From Octopus sinensis (lineage: Eukaryota): DNA of 64,000 nucleotides. The stretch's first letter is position 1. Every line of letters begins with the position of its first letter. The stretch is taken from positions 19,901,360 to 19,965,359 of the forward strand of contig NC_043019.1 of NCBI RefSeq assembly GCF_006345805.1, in the 5' to 3' direction. Position numbers and translations under genes: made by a program. This document shows positions 12,740-24,214 of this stretch, one piece after another. Below the pieces are notes generated by a model. It did not search any database. It was not told the DNA's origin and worked only from the letters and a program-made list of their open reading frames with translations.

Positions 12740-13416
12740 ACTCAAAGTAGCTGCCTTCAGCTTCCTCCATAGCCTCAAGATGGCTCTGGAACCTGGTGGA
12801 TACATACCTCACTGTGTTCCTGGGAGATTCTTGAAACATCTCCTTGATCTTATCCACTAGGTTGGCCTTGGTGTTGCAAACAGAGCAGTTGGTGTCTTTC
12901 TCAGCCATATCCCATACATCATATAATTACAATTAGGTGGTCAGATATTGGGCTGCTGAAGTCATAGCAAATCTCTCTCAACCACCTCTGACACTTTGTA
13001 GCAGTATGGCAGAAGCTGAATCTTGCTGTCACACAAATAGCCTTCCAGCTGGGCAGTGACCACAGTCTCTAGCAGCTTCACATTACAGTCTGAATTGAGT
13101 TCACAGCCCTGTTCAAAGATGTGAGGAGGAATTCCAGTGTGCAGACAGAATACCTGATGTTTTCTCTCCTGCTGGCCATGGCTTCGTAGTTTTCATTGCA
13201 GCTGTTCATGTCACATTTTACAGCCTTTACTATGTTCACAGAACATTGGGCAACAGTTATGATATCAGCCTTTTGATACCTGGCATGAATCATCATGATA
13301 CAGCTAACTGTTTTCCAAAATTCAGATGGCTTCCAATCCTCCATGTCATATAACTTTCTCTTAACTACAACTTTAATCGTGACACTCTCAAATGCTGCTG
13401 ACTGTTCACAATACAT
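12740..13416 (-). mobile_element. Internally deleted Tc1/mariner-type transposase gene
   Basis: N-terminal HTH-like region MEDWKPSEFWK...QKADIITVAQCSVNIVKAV...YEAMASRR (ORF 13078-13416). C-terminal catalytic remnant TKCQRWL...(W)PPN...NTKANLVDKIKEMF...RFQSHLEAMEEAEGSYFE* at ~12740-12990. The central part is missing. Confidence 0.75.
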
Positions 13417-14169
13417 CAGCCGTTTTTTTTTAAAACTGAGGCATAAAAAAAATCATCAAATTTAATCTGAATACCTTATAGTAGAAGACACTTGCCACTC
13501 AAGGTATTGTTTAGTGAGACTGAACCTGAAGCCATATGGTTGAGAGGTAAACTTCTAAACCACTCATCTATTTATACTTAACTAAGTATAATTTTCTACA
13601 CTAACAGAAATAAGAAACCAGCACCCTGTGCACTAGGAAAGCATTCCTAAAAGTCTTGTCATAATGTAGAATTCTGAAACATAAAACTTCAAAGTCATTG
13701 AGTCGTGTCATTTTCCTCTCATTGTTTATTTGATTTTACATTATCATTGCTTGCAGAACTGTTACCATCCTGGACATGTTCAGCAGCATTTCTTCCCTCT
13801 TTTAACATTTTGAATTCAAATGCAACTAATGTTGGCTTAGCCTGTCAAATATTTTGGGGTCAATAAAATAAGTACCAGTGGATGACAGGGGTCAGTGTAA
13901 GTAACTGTTCCTGCTTCTCAGAATTGCTGGTCTTAGGACATAATTAGCAAGTATTATTACTAGTAAGTGGTGGTATGGGACTGAATTTGCAGAATCAGTA
14001 GTGCCTATGTAACTGTATGTATTCTATTAGATTCTAAGTTCAATTCTTGCCTGAAGAAATTTGCCTTTCTTCCTTCTGAGTCTGTGTAACTGATTGAATT
14101 CTCCCTACAATGTTTGTGGTATTTTACCAATGTTCAGAAACATTAATGTTATTGCATTTTGTATTTCAG

Positions 14170-14372
14170 GTTCACAGAGTGCATGTCGAAAAGAGACAGA
14201 ATAGTATCGTGAACCGGTTACTAAAGACCAAGGAGGAAAGATCACCTGACCTTCGAGCTGAACGAGAGCAGCGAGACAGAGAGGAGCAAGCTGAGAAGCG
14301 GAAGCAGATGCTCCTGGAGAAACAGCGAGAGAAGGAGGAGATCAGACGACGGAAAGAACAAGAAGAGCTAAG
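14170..14372 (+). CDS. CCDC25: CCDC25 coding exon (203 nt), coiled coil VHRVHVEKRQNSIVNRLLKTKEERSPDLRAEREQRDREE...EELR
   Basis: gtatttcAG acceptor and GTgtgt donor. Conserved NRLxKTKxERxPDL motif followed by a charged coiled coil; lies within ORF 14110-14460. Confidence 0.95.
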
Positions 14373-15098
14373 GTGTGTGTGTGTGTGTATGACAGAGTTT
14401 GATAGTGTGCTGCTGCAATGTTGTTGTGTGTATGGTACAGATCACTTTGTAAGTACCTAGTTTCAAGATCAGTCCCTTTGCATCCCCATGAAATTCAGAA
14501 CTTTTAATTTGTTCATATTTGATACACTGTTCGTATAAGCAAAAGCTATCTCCAAATTTTTTAACTGTTTAAGGGAAGTAGACAGTTATATATTTGTGTG
14601 TTTGGATATATTCATGTGAGTAATGAGTATATCAGCATCAGCATCAGCATCATCATTTAACATCCATTGTCCATTCTGGCATGGATTGTACAGTTTGACC
14701 AGGGCTGTCAAAGTCACTGCCTTTTGAGGTTCAAATTCTGCTGAGGTCAAGTTTGCTTTCCGGCCTTTTGGAATCAATAAATAACATACCAATCTAGAGC
14801 AGTGGATTGGTGGAATCTTTAGAGCGTTAAATGAGACATCTTGTGTTTTCTGTTCCTATCCCTTACTTTCTGAGTTCAAATCCTATCTTTTGTTACTATG
14901 TTAAAAAGAATGAGGACACTTCTGTTAGTAGTTGTGACCAACAGTTAGTATCTACAATGGAAACCAACAGTGGAAAACTTTCCTTGCTTTTATTGGAAGA
15001 TTTGCTGCCACCATTACCTTTACTTAGTTCTTCTAATTCCATGTCTCTCCCTTCTCTTCCTCTTCAAAACTTTCTAGCTCTCCCTTATTTATCTGTCT

Positions 15099-15359
15099 CA
15101 TTGGTTCTCAACCATTTTTTGCCTGTGGACCCTTTTGATTCATATTTTACTGATCATCATCATTTTCCATGCTGGTATGGGTTGGATGGTTTGTGCATTG
15201 TACTGTATTTTTATAATTGAATGTTATTAGGAATTGTATAAAAAAAAATTTAAATATTTTCTATGTTGTAAAAATATAAGCTATTCATTCCACATAAATT
15301 TAAAAATCTTATATGGACCCTGTCTCCTGGGCCATATGGACTCTAGTTGAGAACCCCTA
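15099..15359. mobile_element. hAT-type MITE (non-autonomous DNA transposon)
   Basis: Termini CATTGGTTCTCAACC / GTTGAGAACCCCTA share a GGTTCTCAAC inverted core of the hAT type. An 8-bp target-site duplication ATCTGTCT (15091-15098) / ATCTGTTT (15360-15367) is 7/8 identical. Confidence 0.8.
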
Positions 15360-15371
15360 ATCTGTTTGTTG

Positions 15372-15402
<31 letters not shown>

Positions 15403-15479
15403 ATGCAACCACCCACCTGCCCATCAACCCAAATGTTTCTATTTACCTTTGACTCTCCTCATTTCTCTTTCTTCTGCAG

Positions 15480-15525
15480 GTCTTATGCATCTCTGATGAA
15501 ACCAGAAAACATGACATCAAATTTC
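15480..15525 (+). CDS. CCDC25: CCDC25 coding exon (46 nt) SYASLMKPENMTSNF
   Basis: Strong pyrimidine tract + ctgcAG acceptor and GTaagt donor. Matches the conserved RSYxSLMKxENMxSN motif. Confidence 0.93.
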
Positions 15526-15799
15526 GTAAGTCATCCTTGCTTTTGGGGTAACTTTTTGGGCTTTTGTATAACTCAAAGTTTTTAGTAAATCATTATCATT
15601 GGCTCTCATTCTTGATCACTCCCTCTCTCTCTCTCTCTCTCCCTCTGTTCTTGCTCTCCCCTTCGACTAGGTGACCATGTATCTCCTTTACAGCAACACA
15701 CCTGTTTCTGCTCCCTCTCTTTCTCTCTCTGGATGGGTAACCATGTACCTTCTCTACAGCAAGATAACTGTTTCTATCTGTCACACTCTAACCATTCAT

Positions 15800-16190
15800 C
15801 ATCCAACATAAGATCACCTCCTCCTCCAATGCCCCACTCCACTCTCAAAGACTTCTTGTCTTGCAAAGTTACTTGGTGACTGTGCCAGTGCTGGTGCCGC
15901 TTAAAGAGCACCCAGTCCACACTGTAAAGTGGTTGGCATTTGGAAGGTCATCTAGCTGTAAAAACCATTCCAAAACTGACCTTTCCTGTGCTGGTGCTAC
16001 ATAAAAAGCACTCAGCCCACCCTACAGAGTCACTGGTGTTAAGAAGGGTATCCAGCAATAAAAACCATACCAAAACAGACACAGAAGTCTGGTGCAGTCT
16101 TCTGCCTAACCGGTCCTTGTCATACTGTTCAACCCATGCCAGCATGGAAGGACATTAAATGACAATGATGATGATGATGATGATGATCGT
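15800..16190. repeat. Dispersed repeat (family D), opposite orientation to 12095-12436, ending in (GAT)n
   Basis: GGTTGGCATTTGGAAGGTCATCTAGCTGTAAAAACC and TTCAACCCATGCCAGCATGGAAGGACATTAAATGA-(GAT)n are reverse complements of the family-D core. Confidence 0.7.
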
Positions 16191-18455
16191 CATCATCATT
16201 TGGTTACCCCAGTTGAAGTAAACATCACAGCTCTTCTGGGGCCCACAATCCTGTATTACTGCCCCAAGGTTTCACACTTCATATTCTAAATCTCTGGCAA
16301 TGACATTTAGAAAGGAAAGCTTGTGACCTTTTCCTTCAGCTGACCAATGACACAAGTTCATCTTCTGCTCTAAAGCAGAGCATTACAAATGTTACCCTTA
16401 TGTTTTCTTTTTCTGAGATGAGAGCTAAAGTCTTGTAAATTTTATTTAGTTTCAAATGTATTTTCTACAAGATTTATGTAGCCAACATAAAAATCAAGTT
16501 TAACAGTCAGTTTTTGAAACTTTATAAGAAGTGTCCATATCTCTGGGATCTACAAGAGAAATTGCTCATCAAGAGCATGAAAGGTATTGATTTTAAAGGA
16601 CCAGCTTTAATTGGGTGTCCAAATATCATTATATATTGGATAAGTATTCATAACAAATGATATTTTTCCTATCTTCAGCTTGTGTCATTTTACCTTAATT
16701 AGCATGTTTGCATTTCCTTCATTATTGTTACAGTAATGAAAAGACTAAATAGTATATGTACAAAGTAGTACATTGATTAATGTGAGAAGAATAGAATTGC
16801 TTATAAAATAAATCATTCAGGTTCATTTCAACATCCACTTCTTTATGGTTGGATGGAGTTTATTGAGACTGAAGTATTATGGCCTGATGTCTTTCTTGTC
16901 ACTAACCATCACCTGTTTCCAAGCAAGGTAATATTTCCCCATGGCCAATGTTTTCGTAGAATACTGGAAGTGTATGATACTGCTTATGTGACACTGACAC
17001 TCATTTACAATTTCCACATGATGTCAAGATACACCAACACACTCATATAAATGTATATACTGTTAAAACCCAAGTAATTTACGCAGGTAATTTTCAGGAT
17101 AAAAATTGTTAAAAAAAGCTTCTACTCGTGTAAAATTCACACCCAAAAGTTTTCAGAATTACCAATATTGCCAGGGGAAAAAAGGTTTTCAATTTAGTTG
17201 TATTTAGCATAATTTCACTTACTTATGATTAGATTTTATTAACTTTTCATTAAATAAAAATAATTTCTGTTTAACAGGTATCACATTAAAAGTTACTAAA
17301 TTACAAAGTGTTTGTGTTGTTTATGATAAACTTTATTTTACATTTCTTGCCCACAAATCTTCTCAAATCACAATCACAGGAAAAGTTGTTGATAATTCTT
17401 ATCAACAAAAGCAAAGCTGATAAAAATATGCACAAGTGTTGCAAATTAAGTTTAATTACCAATAAACATCAGCTTGGTGACCGATCAAACTGATTATGTA
17501 AACAATTCTGATTAGTTGAAAGTGTCTTCTTGTCTCAAGCTCTGATTTTCCACCTTTGCAAGTTTAACCCAGTGTTTATTGAACAAGAAAGGTGCAAAAT
17601 TTAAGAAGCAACTTGTTAGAATATACAAGTCTGTGAGGAGACAAAGAAGAGTAGCAAAAATCTACCAAAAGAACTGGTAAGAACTGGTACATTACAAGTG
17701 TTCTATGAAGAGAACATGAAATTGCTGCATAATTCAACATGAATGTGAAATGGCATTAAACATCGTATAAGGTAAATGAAGGTTTCTGTTTGAATGCTAA
17801 GTCATATTAGTGAGTTTACGTAGGCAAGGATGAATTATGATGTTGTCAGCATTAGATGCAAAAATATGGCCCAGACCATGATTACCAGCATGAATGTCAA
17901 AATTCAAAAAGTAGTTAACCATTTAATGGTTTTGGTAAATTTATACAGAAAAAGTAAGCATTATACCGTCCAGCATAAATAAAAGTCAACTTCATTATAT
18001 TTTTTCTGTAAAAACCTCTTCTGACATAAAATGAGTCAAATATCGGTACGAATGTTTACATTTGTATCTCATTTTTCAACAAAAAGAAATTTCTAAAAAA
18101 TTCTGGAAATGATCTTCTCCTGTCATTTACTCACTCTCTCAAGTTTATTTTGGTTTTGCAGAAAATAATGTGTAAATTACATGAGTTTTTACAGTACACA
18201 CACACACACACATACATGATATGCTTTTTTTCAGCTTCCATGTACCAAATGCAATCATAATAGTAGTAAAAGACACTTGCCTAAGGTACCATGCAGTGAG
18301 CCTGAACTGAAAACCATTTGATAGGGAAGCAAATTACTCAGCTTCACAGCCACGCATGTGTCTATTATAAAAGTATAATAATTAGCATTAACATGTTGTT
18401 TTTTTCTCTTACCCCATGACATAATGATTGTGACTCATTATTATTATTTTAACAG

Positions 18456-18488
18456 GACTCTGGCAATGACTCTGATGATTTCATGTGA
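18456..18488 (+). CDS. CCDC25: CCDC25 terminal coding exon (33 nt) DSGNDSDDFM*
   Basis: ttattttaacAG acceptor. The conserved GNDSDxFM-stop C-terminus ends with TGA at 18486-18488, and the spliced frame across all six exons is open. Confidence 0.92.
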   Translation, partial: DSGNDSDDFM

Positions 18489-18672
18489 TCTCCAGCTTCT
18501 TTTTCAAATGATATCAACAAATATTTGATGGGTAAACAACCACTTGTTTCATTTTGGGAATTCTCACTTGCCATCTTCCCAATCTAGACCCTCTCAAACC
18601 TCTTTGCTATATTACATTCCACTTTGAAGAAGCACCAAACACCCAGCATACTTTGGAATTTGATTTCTGTAG

Positions 18673-18673
<1 letters not shown>

Positions 18674-18735
<62 letters not shown>

Positions 18736-18975
18736 GATATATATATTTAAAATGTTTGTATGTAATATGTGTGTATATGAGCTTGTATGCATATGTTTGT
18801 CTTTGTGTACTTGTATATGTGTGTGTTTATTATATAAGCCCATATGCAAACACATATTTGTGTAACTTTATACACACACAACACATATTCTTGTGTAGTT
18901 ACAGATGTATACACATACACATAAATGTAACAAGACAGTGGAGAAGAGAGAGAGAGAGAGAGAGACAACAGCTGC
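18674..18975. repeat. Microsatellite block (TA)n / (TG)n / (AG)n in presumed CCDC25 3' UTR
   Basis: Directly visible; gives spurious YIYIYI ORFs. Similar tracts lie at ~12437-12496, 20290-20640 (GATA-like), 29365-29430, 31430-31480 and 55385-55435. Confidence 0.9.
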
Positions 18976-19058
18976 TGAGCATTTTGTACTGAGTGAAATG
19001 GGATTCCAACCTGTCAAGACATCCAAGCTTCTTGTGTGGCTTTGTTAGTAAACTTCAC

Positions 19059-19064
19059 AATAAA
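19059..19064 (+). promoter_or_regulatory. Candidate proximal polyadenylation signal (AATAAA) for CCDC25
   Basis: First AATAAA noticed ~570 nt after the stop codon, followed by T/GT-rich sequence (tttgtatttgtttattg). Usage is not demonstrable from sequence alone. Confidence 0.4.
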
Positions 19065-19513
19065 CATAAGAGGACATATTTAATTTATTGTTTTGTATTT
19101 GTTTATTGCTTTGAAACACCAATAATGAAGCATCGGATGCATTTGTTTGTTTATTTTTATATTGCATGCATGTATGGGTCAAACATAATTGAAGAGTTTT
19201 GAAGAAAATGCTTCACTTTAAACAAGACCTTGTAAGCAACGTGTACAAGGACAGCTCGTTTAAGCTCACATTTTTCATATTTCAGACTCTTGTGAGAATA
19301 TTGCAAACATGTTAAACTTCATTTAAGTGAGGTTACTCTAATAACTAACCTTATGAAGTTGCATTGTTGTCTGTTTATATATTATGTTAAGATGATATTT
19401 TTAAAGCAATGGCTGTGTGTATGCATTTGCCTCTGTGTGCAGTTTTCGTGCACCTGTGTATATGCATATGTATCTACATATGTACACACATGCATATATA
19501 TATATATGTAACC

Positions 19514-19764
19514 AGATAAGAAAATGGAGAAATACATCTAAATCAAATATCAATTATCAGATAATACTCAATCACATACTTTATTAAACCAGCACATAAG
19601 AGACTGTAGGGTTAAACATGTACATTCCTTTGTGTACACTGATTTGTTCTGCTTTTTTATGTTTAACCCTACAGTCTCTTATGTGGTGGTTTAATAAAGT
19701 ATGTGATTGAGTATTATCTGATAATTGATATTTGATTTAGATGTATTTCTCCATTTTCTTATCT
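19514..19764. repeat. Near-perfect long inverted repeat (106-bp arms, 39-bp loop)
   Basis: 19514-19619 is the reverse complement of 19659-19764 with one mismatch (CCAGCAC vs CCACCAC). Confidence 0.95.
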
Positions 19765-19907
19765 TGTATTAGTAACTTGTGGTAAATCATTTTACCTTTG
19801 CCCATATAATACAGTAAATGAATTGATTGCATTGCAATCCTTAACATTTATGTATTAACTTTGTTGGGTACTTCACTTGCAGTATATTGGATATATGCTA
19901 TCTCAAT

Positions 19908-19938
<31 letters not shown>

Positions 19939-20578
19939 CTACTTATTATAGCTGCCATGATAGGACACTGAATATTGCGTTGTTAGCCTTGGGAGACCCT
20001 CTCATATAGGTGCAGACCCACATAGATAACAGGTGAAAATCATCTGCTACAGACATCAGAATTGTCATATCATGTGATTTCGGTCTTTTGGACCTCTGCA
20101 TGTCTGTCAAATCTCTATCTTTCCAGAAGCTAATGTCATAAATTGCCTTCAGGCATATTAAAAATTAAGTATTAGTGATAGAAGCTGTATTAATCTAATG
20201 ATTATATTTTTGTATTAATACTGCTTCTGTCACAAATAATTAATTGTTTAGAAACCTGCTTCCTATTTGCGACATAGACACATAGAAGCATAGGTTGACA
20301 GATAGTGTGTTAGATAGATAAATACAAAGATAAAGATAGCTACCTAGATAGATAGATAAATTGGAAGATAGTAGGAGAGATAGATAGATAGCAGGATGGA
20401 CAGAAAGGTAGAAACTAGAAAGACAGACACACAGATACATAGGTATATAGATAGACATAGATAAATAGAGACGTTCATATACAGAAGATAGAGAGACAAA
20501 AAAGATAGATCGATTGATAGAAAGATAAGTAAATAGATAGCTAATTAGATTGCTAGGTATGCATGTTTATATATATAC

Positions 20579-20609
<31 letters not shown>

Positions 20610-20791
20610 AACAGAGAGAAGATAGATATATAGATACAAAGATAAAGAGGGAGATTGAGAGACATAAATACTATAAAAAATATAACCAATAATTAAAACC
20701 AACACATCCTGCAATGTTTCCACTCCTATCCACATTGTGGCTTTTATAAAATTCGCTTATTGCATATGAGTCTTATGAGGATAATATTTTT

Positions 20792-21170
20792 TCTTTCTTT
20801 TATTTGTTTCAGTCATTTGATTGTGGCCTTGCTGGAGCACTACCTTTAGTCGAACAAATCAACTACAGGACTTATTGTTTGTAAGCCTAGTACTTATGTT
20901 ATCGGTTTCTTTTGCTGAACTGCTAAGTTAAGAGGACATAAACACACCAACATTGGTTGTCAAGCAATGGTGGTGGGGACAAACACAGACACATCAACCT
21001 ATACACACACACATACACACACGATGGGCTTCTTTTAGTTTCTGTCTAACAGATCCACTCACAAGGCCCAAGGCTATAATAGAAGGCACTAACCCAAGGT
21101 GTCATGCTGTGGGACTGAACCTGGAATCATGTGGTTGGTAAGCAAGCTACTTACCACACAACCATTCCTA
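20792..21170 (-). mobile_element. tRNA-derived SINE (family A), diverged
   Basis: Reverse complement of the head TGGTTGTGTGGTAAGTAGCTTGCTTACCAACCACATGATTCCAGGTTCAGTCCCAC, plus a body shared with 21985-22365. Confidence 0.8.
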
Positions 21171-21984
21171 AAATTTCATGCAAGGACTGCTAAATCATAA
21201 AATAGACTCATATGCATAAATGTGAATTTTTATAAATTCTCTAATGAGTATGAGTCAAAACAAATTGTAGGATATATATTAGTTATATCATATCTTCTTA
21301 TAGTATACATATATTGTATTATAATGCTAATGAATTCTTTTGTAAAGTGATGCAGTGAATCAGAGCAAGAAACATTACAAATTTTGTTGTTGTTCATCCA
21401 TTATTTTGACAATTCCACTTAGGTTGTCAATGGCAACATGATCTTCGTTATGTATTAATTACCCTCTGAAACAGCATGATCTGCACAACTCACACTGACT
21501 CGTAAATAATTTGCTGCACTGATTTATGGAAGGAAAGAGGCTCCAGAACGCATGCAATGTTAGTTGTTTGAAACATATTACACACAACATGATTGGACCT
21601 TCCATCCAAATCCTGTGCAATACTCAGCCAATCACAGGACTTGACAAATGGCCAAACACTCACATGACAGGTATGTTAACCAATCACCACTGATTAACAT
21701 CATGAGCTTATATAAGTCAAATGTTTTCAATATGCAATTATAGAAATTGGTCACGCTGCATGGTTGGATGAATAAGGGGGTAGCTGGCTTGTTGGATGGA
21801 TGCATGGAAAGATGAAGTGATGTATGGTTCAATCCCTGGATGGATGTATATATATACATGGTTAGATGGATGGATTAATGAATGCATGGAAGTACGGTTG
21901 GACATATGGGTTGATGGATGCCTGGTTGGGTATTTAGCTGTGTTGGCATAAAATCTCTTGGTTTACTATGGAATCTTGCATATA

Positions 21985-22365
21985 GGCGTAGGAGTGGCTG
22001 TGTGGTAAGTAGCTTGCTTACCAACCACATGGTTCCGGGTTCATTCCCACTGTATGGCACCTTGGGCAAGTGTCTTCTACTATAGCCTTGGGCCAACCAA
22101 AGCCTTGTGAGTGGATTTGGTAGATGGAAACTGAAAGAAGCCTGTTGTATATGTGTATATATATATATGTGTGTGTGTGTCTGTGTTTGTCCCCCTAACA
22201 TCACTTGTTTACATCCCCATAACTTAGCGGTTCGGCAAAAGAGATCCGATAGAATAAGTACTAGGCTTACAAAGAACAAGTCCTGGGGTCGATTTGCTCG
22301 ACTAAAGGCAGTGCTCCAGCATGGCCGCTGTCAAATGACTGAAACAAGTAAAAGAAAGTAAAGAG
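21985..22365 (+). mobile_element. tRNA-derived SINE (family A), full length
   Basis: GGCGTAGGAGTGGCTGTGTGGTAAG (A box) ... GGTTCATTCCC (B box), TTGGGCAAGTGTCTTCT core, internal (TG/TA)n, and 3' end GACTGAAACAAGTAAAAG. Confidence 0.85.
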
Positions 22366-22486
22366 AGACCATTATATAACATGTTGTATGTTCACTCATG
22401 GAAATAATACAAGAAACAAAGTTTGTACAAAGTTATTTGAAATAAATTGATAACATATCTTACTGATTTTTAGCTGCAATAATTCA

Positions 22487-22640
22487 TCATCATCATCATC
22501 ATTTAGCGTCCGCTTTCCATGCTAGCATGGGTTGGACGGTTCAACTGGGGTCTGTGAAGCCAGAAGGCTGCATCAGGCCCAGTCAGATCTGGCAGTGTTT
22601 CTACGGCTGGATGCCCTTCCTAACGCCAACCACTCCGTGA
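22487..22640. repeat. Dispersed repeat (family D) fragment starting with (CAT)n
   Basis: (CAT)n-TTTAGCGTCCGCTTTCCATGCTAGCATGGGTTGGACGG...CGGCTGGATGCCCTTCCTAACGCCAACC, the best-preserved family-D copy in the window. Confidence 0.75.
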
Positions 22641-24214
22641 AATTATATTCACACATTATATGCAATGTAAATACACAACAAAATAATAATAAAGTTAATT
22701 TATATCCTGAAAGTTGTTCAAAACTGTAAGTTACTGTTTATATAAATTAATAGGAAGATATTTAGTTTTGAATTTAATCTGTAGCAATAAACATATTTGT
22801 AAATGTGCTAGTTTTGAAACATTGAGAAAATATAACTCTTTTACTGACTCTATAAAACTAAAAAGGTTAATTTCAAACTGTGATGACCCAAAATCAGTTC
22901 CTTTATTGAGTGAGGTATTCATCTTGTTCAGCTCGCAGATTGTCAGAGTAATTTTGATGAGGACATACCTGAGAAGAGTCACAAACTTCAAGGAGAATCG
23001 TGAATTCACAAATAAGTAATCTTCTGAGTACAACACACTTTCACATCAAAAGGTGGGCAAATATAGTGAATTACTTTCAAAAATATTGAAAGAATACCTG
23101 TTTGTTTAATTTGTAAGGATTGTTTGGTGTTTTAAAGTATGAAACCTACAAAAATTAGAAACATTTTAATTCAAGACATTTCTTCTATAGCAGTAAGTCT
23201 ATAGAATTGTTTTGAAAGGCTGTTGGAGTTTTTCATTCCACAGAAGCAACCTCGAGAACACTATTCACACTATGGGATTTCTACCACATCAAAACCTATT
23301 GGATATTTTAGATTTGCAGCCAAGTACCAGAGCTAACTACCTTGATGTGTATTAAGGAATTAACTTATGTCTCCTACTCCCTGTTTTCTTGTACGCTTAT
23401 CTCTTTTGTGCCAGCTACTTCATGTGTGAGCAAGGAACAAATTATGTTTGATAGCCAAAAACATTGCCTTCTGATATTTATCGTTACCTTTATCTAAAAT
23501 ATGCATTTATACATTTCAAACCTTACGTTACTTCCTTAACTGGTACTTAATATATTTCCTAAACTGGTAAAGCCCAACTCTTAACAACTCTTGTAACAAT
23601 ATGTTGAATTCTGAAAAAAAGTTTAACTTTATTATGGCTTCAACTCCACTGGTGGAAAGAAATGTTGGCTTCTTCAACGTCAACGTATTCATTTTTGCTT
23701 CAAACTGTATCAACCAGGCATTAGCTTCTTTCAAGTTGTTCAAGCTTAAATGTTTTCTGGTTGTCATGTCTTTCACCAAGTGTTGTATTTCATTCTTATA
23801 GGACATGTGTTGAATGTTTTATAACTGCAAGTTACACAGCTCATGTTCCAAGAACAACACTGATTGCTCTCGTGTGCGTAGCAGTAAAGCCCCTTTTATG
23901 CTTTTATGGCTGCCAGCTCATTCATCTATCATCTCATGATTTTCATGTGGTTGCATGAGACTTCCTTTGAGAGTTCTCTATACACACTAGGATACCAAAT
24001 CCGCAACCCAATGCAGATCTAGCATGTTTCAATCACAAAATCTGCTTTTTCTAAAAAGGAAGTAAAGACTCTGAAAATTGATTATGATGATGCAGTTATC
24101 CATGCTTATTCCTGTGAAGCCATGAACTTGTGGAGAAAAAAATTTGATGGAAAAGTTACATTTTCTGCATTGTACTGTTGTCAACTTAGAAGTGTTAATT
24201 TTAAGGTTGGAAAG

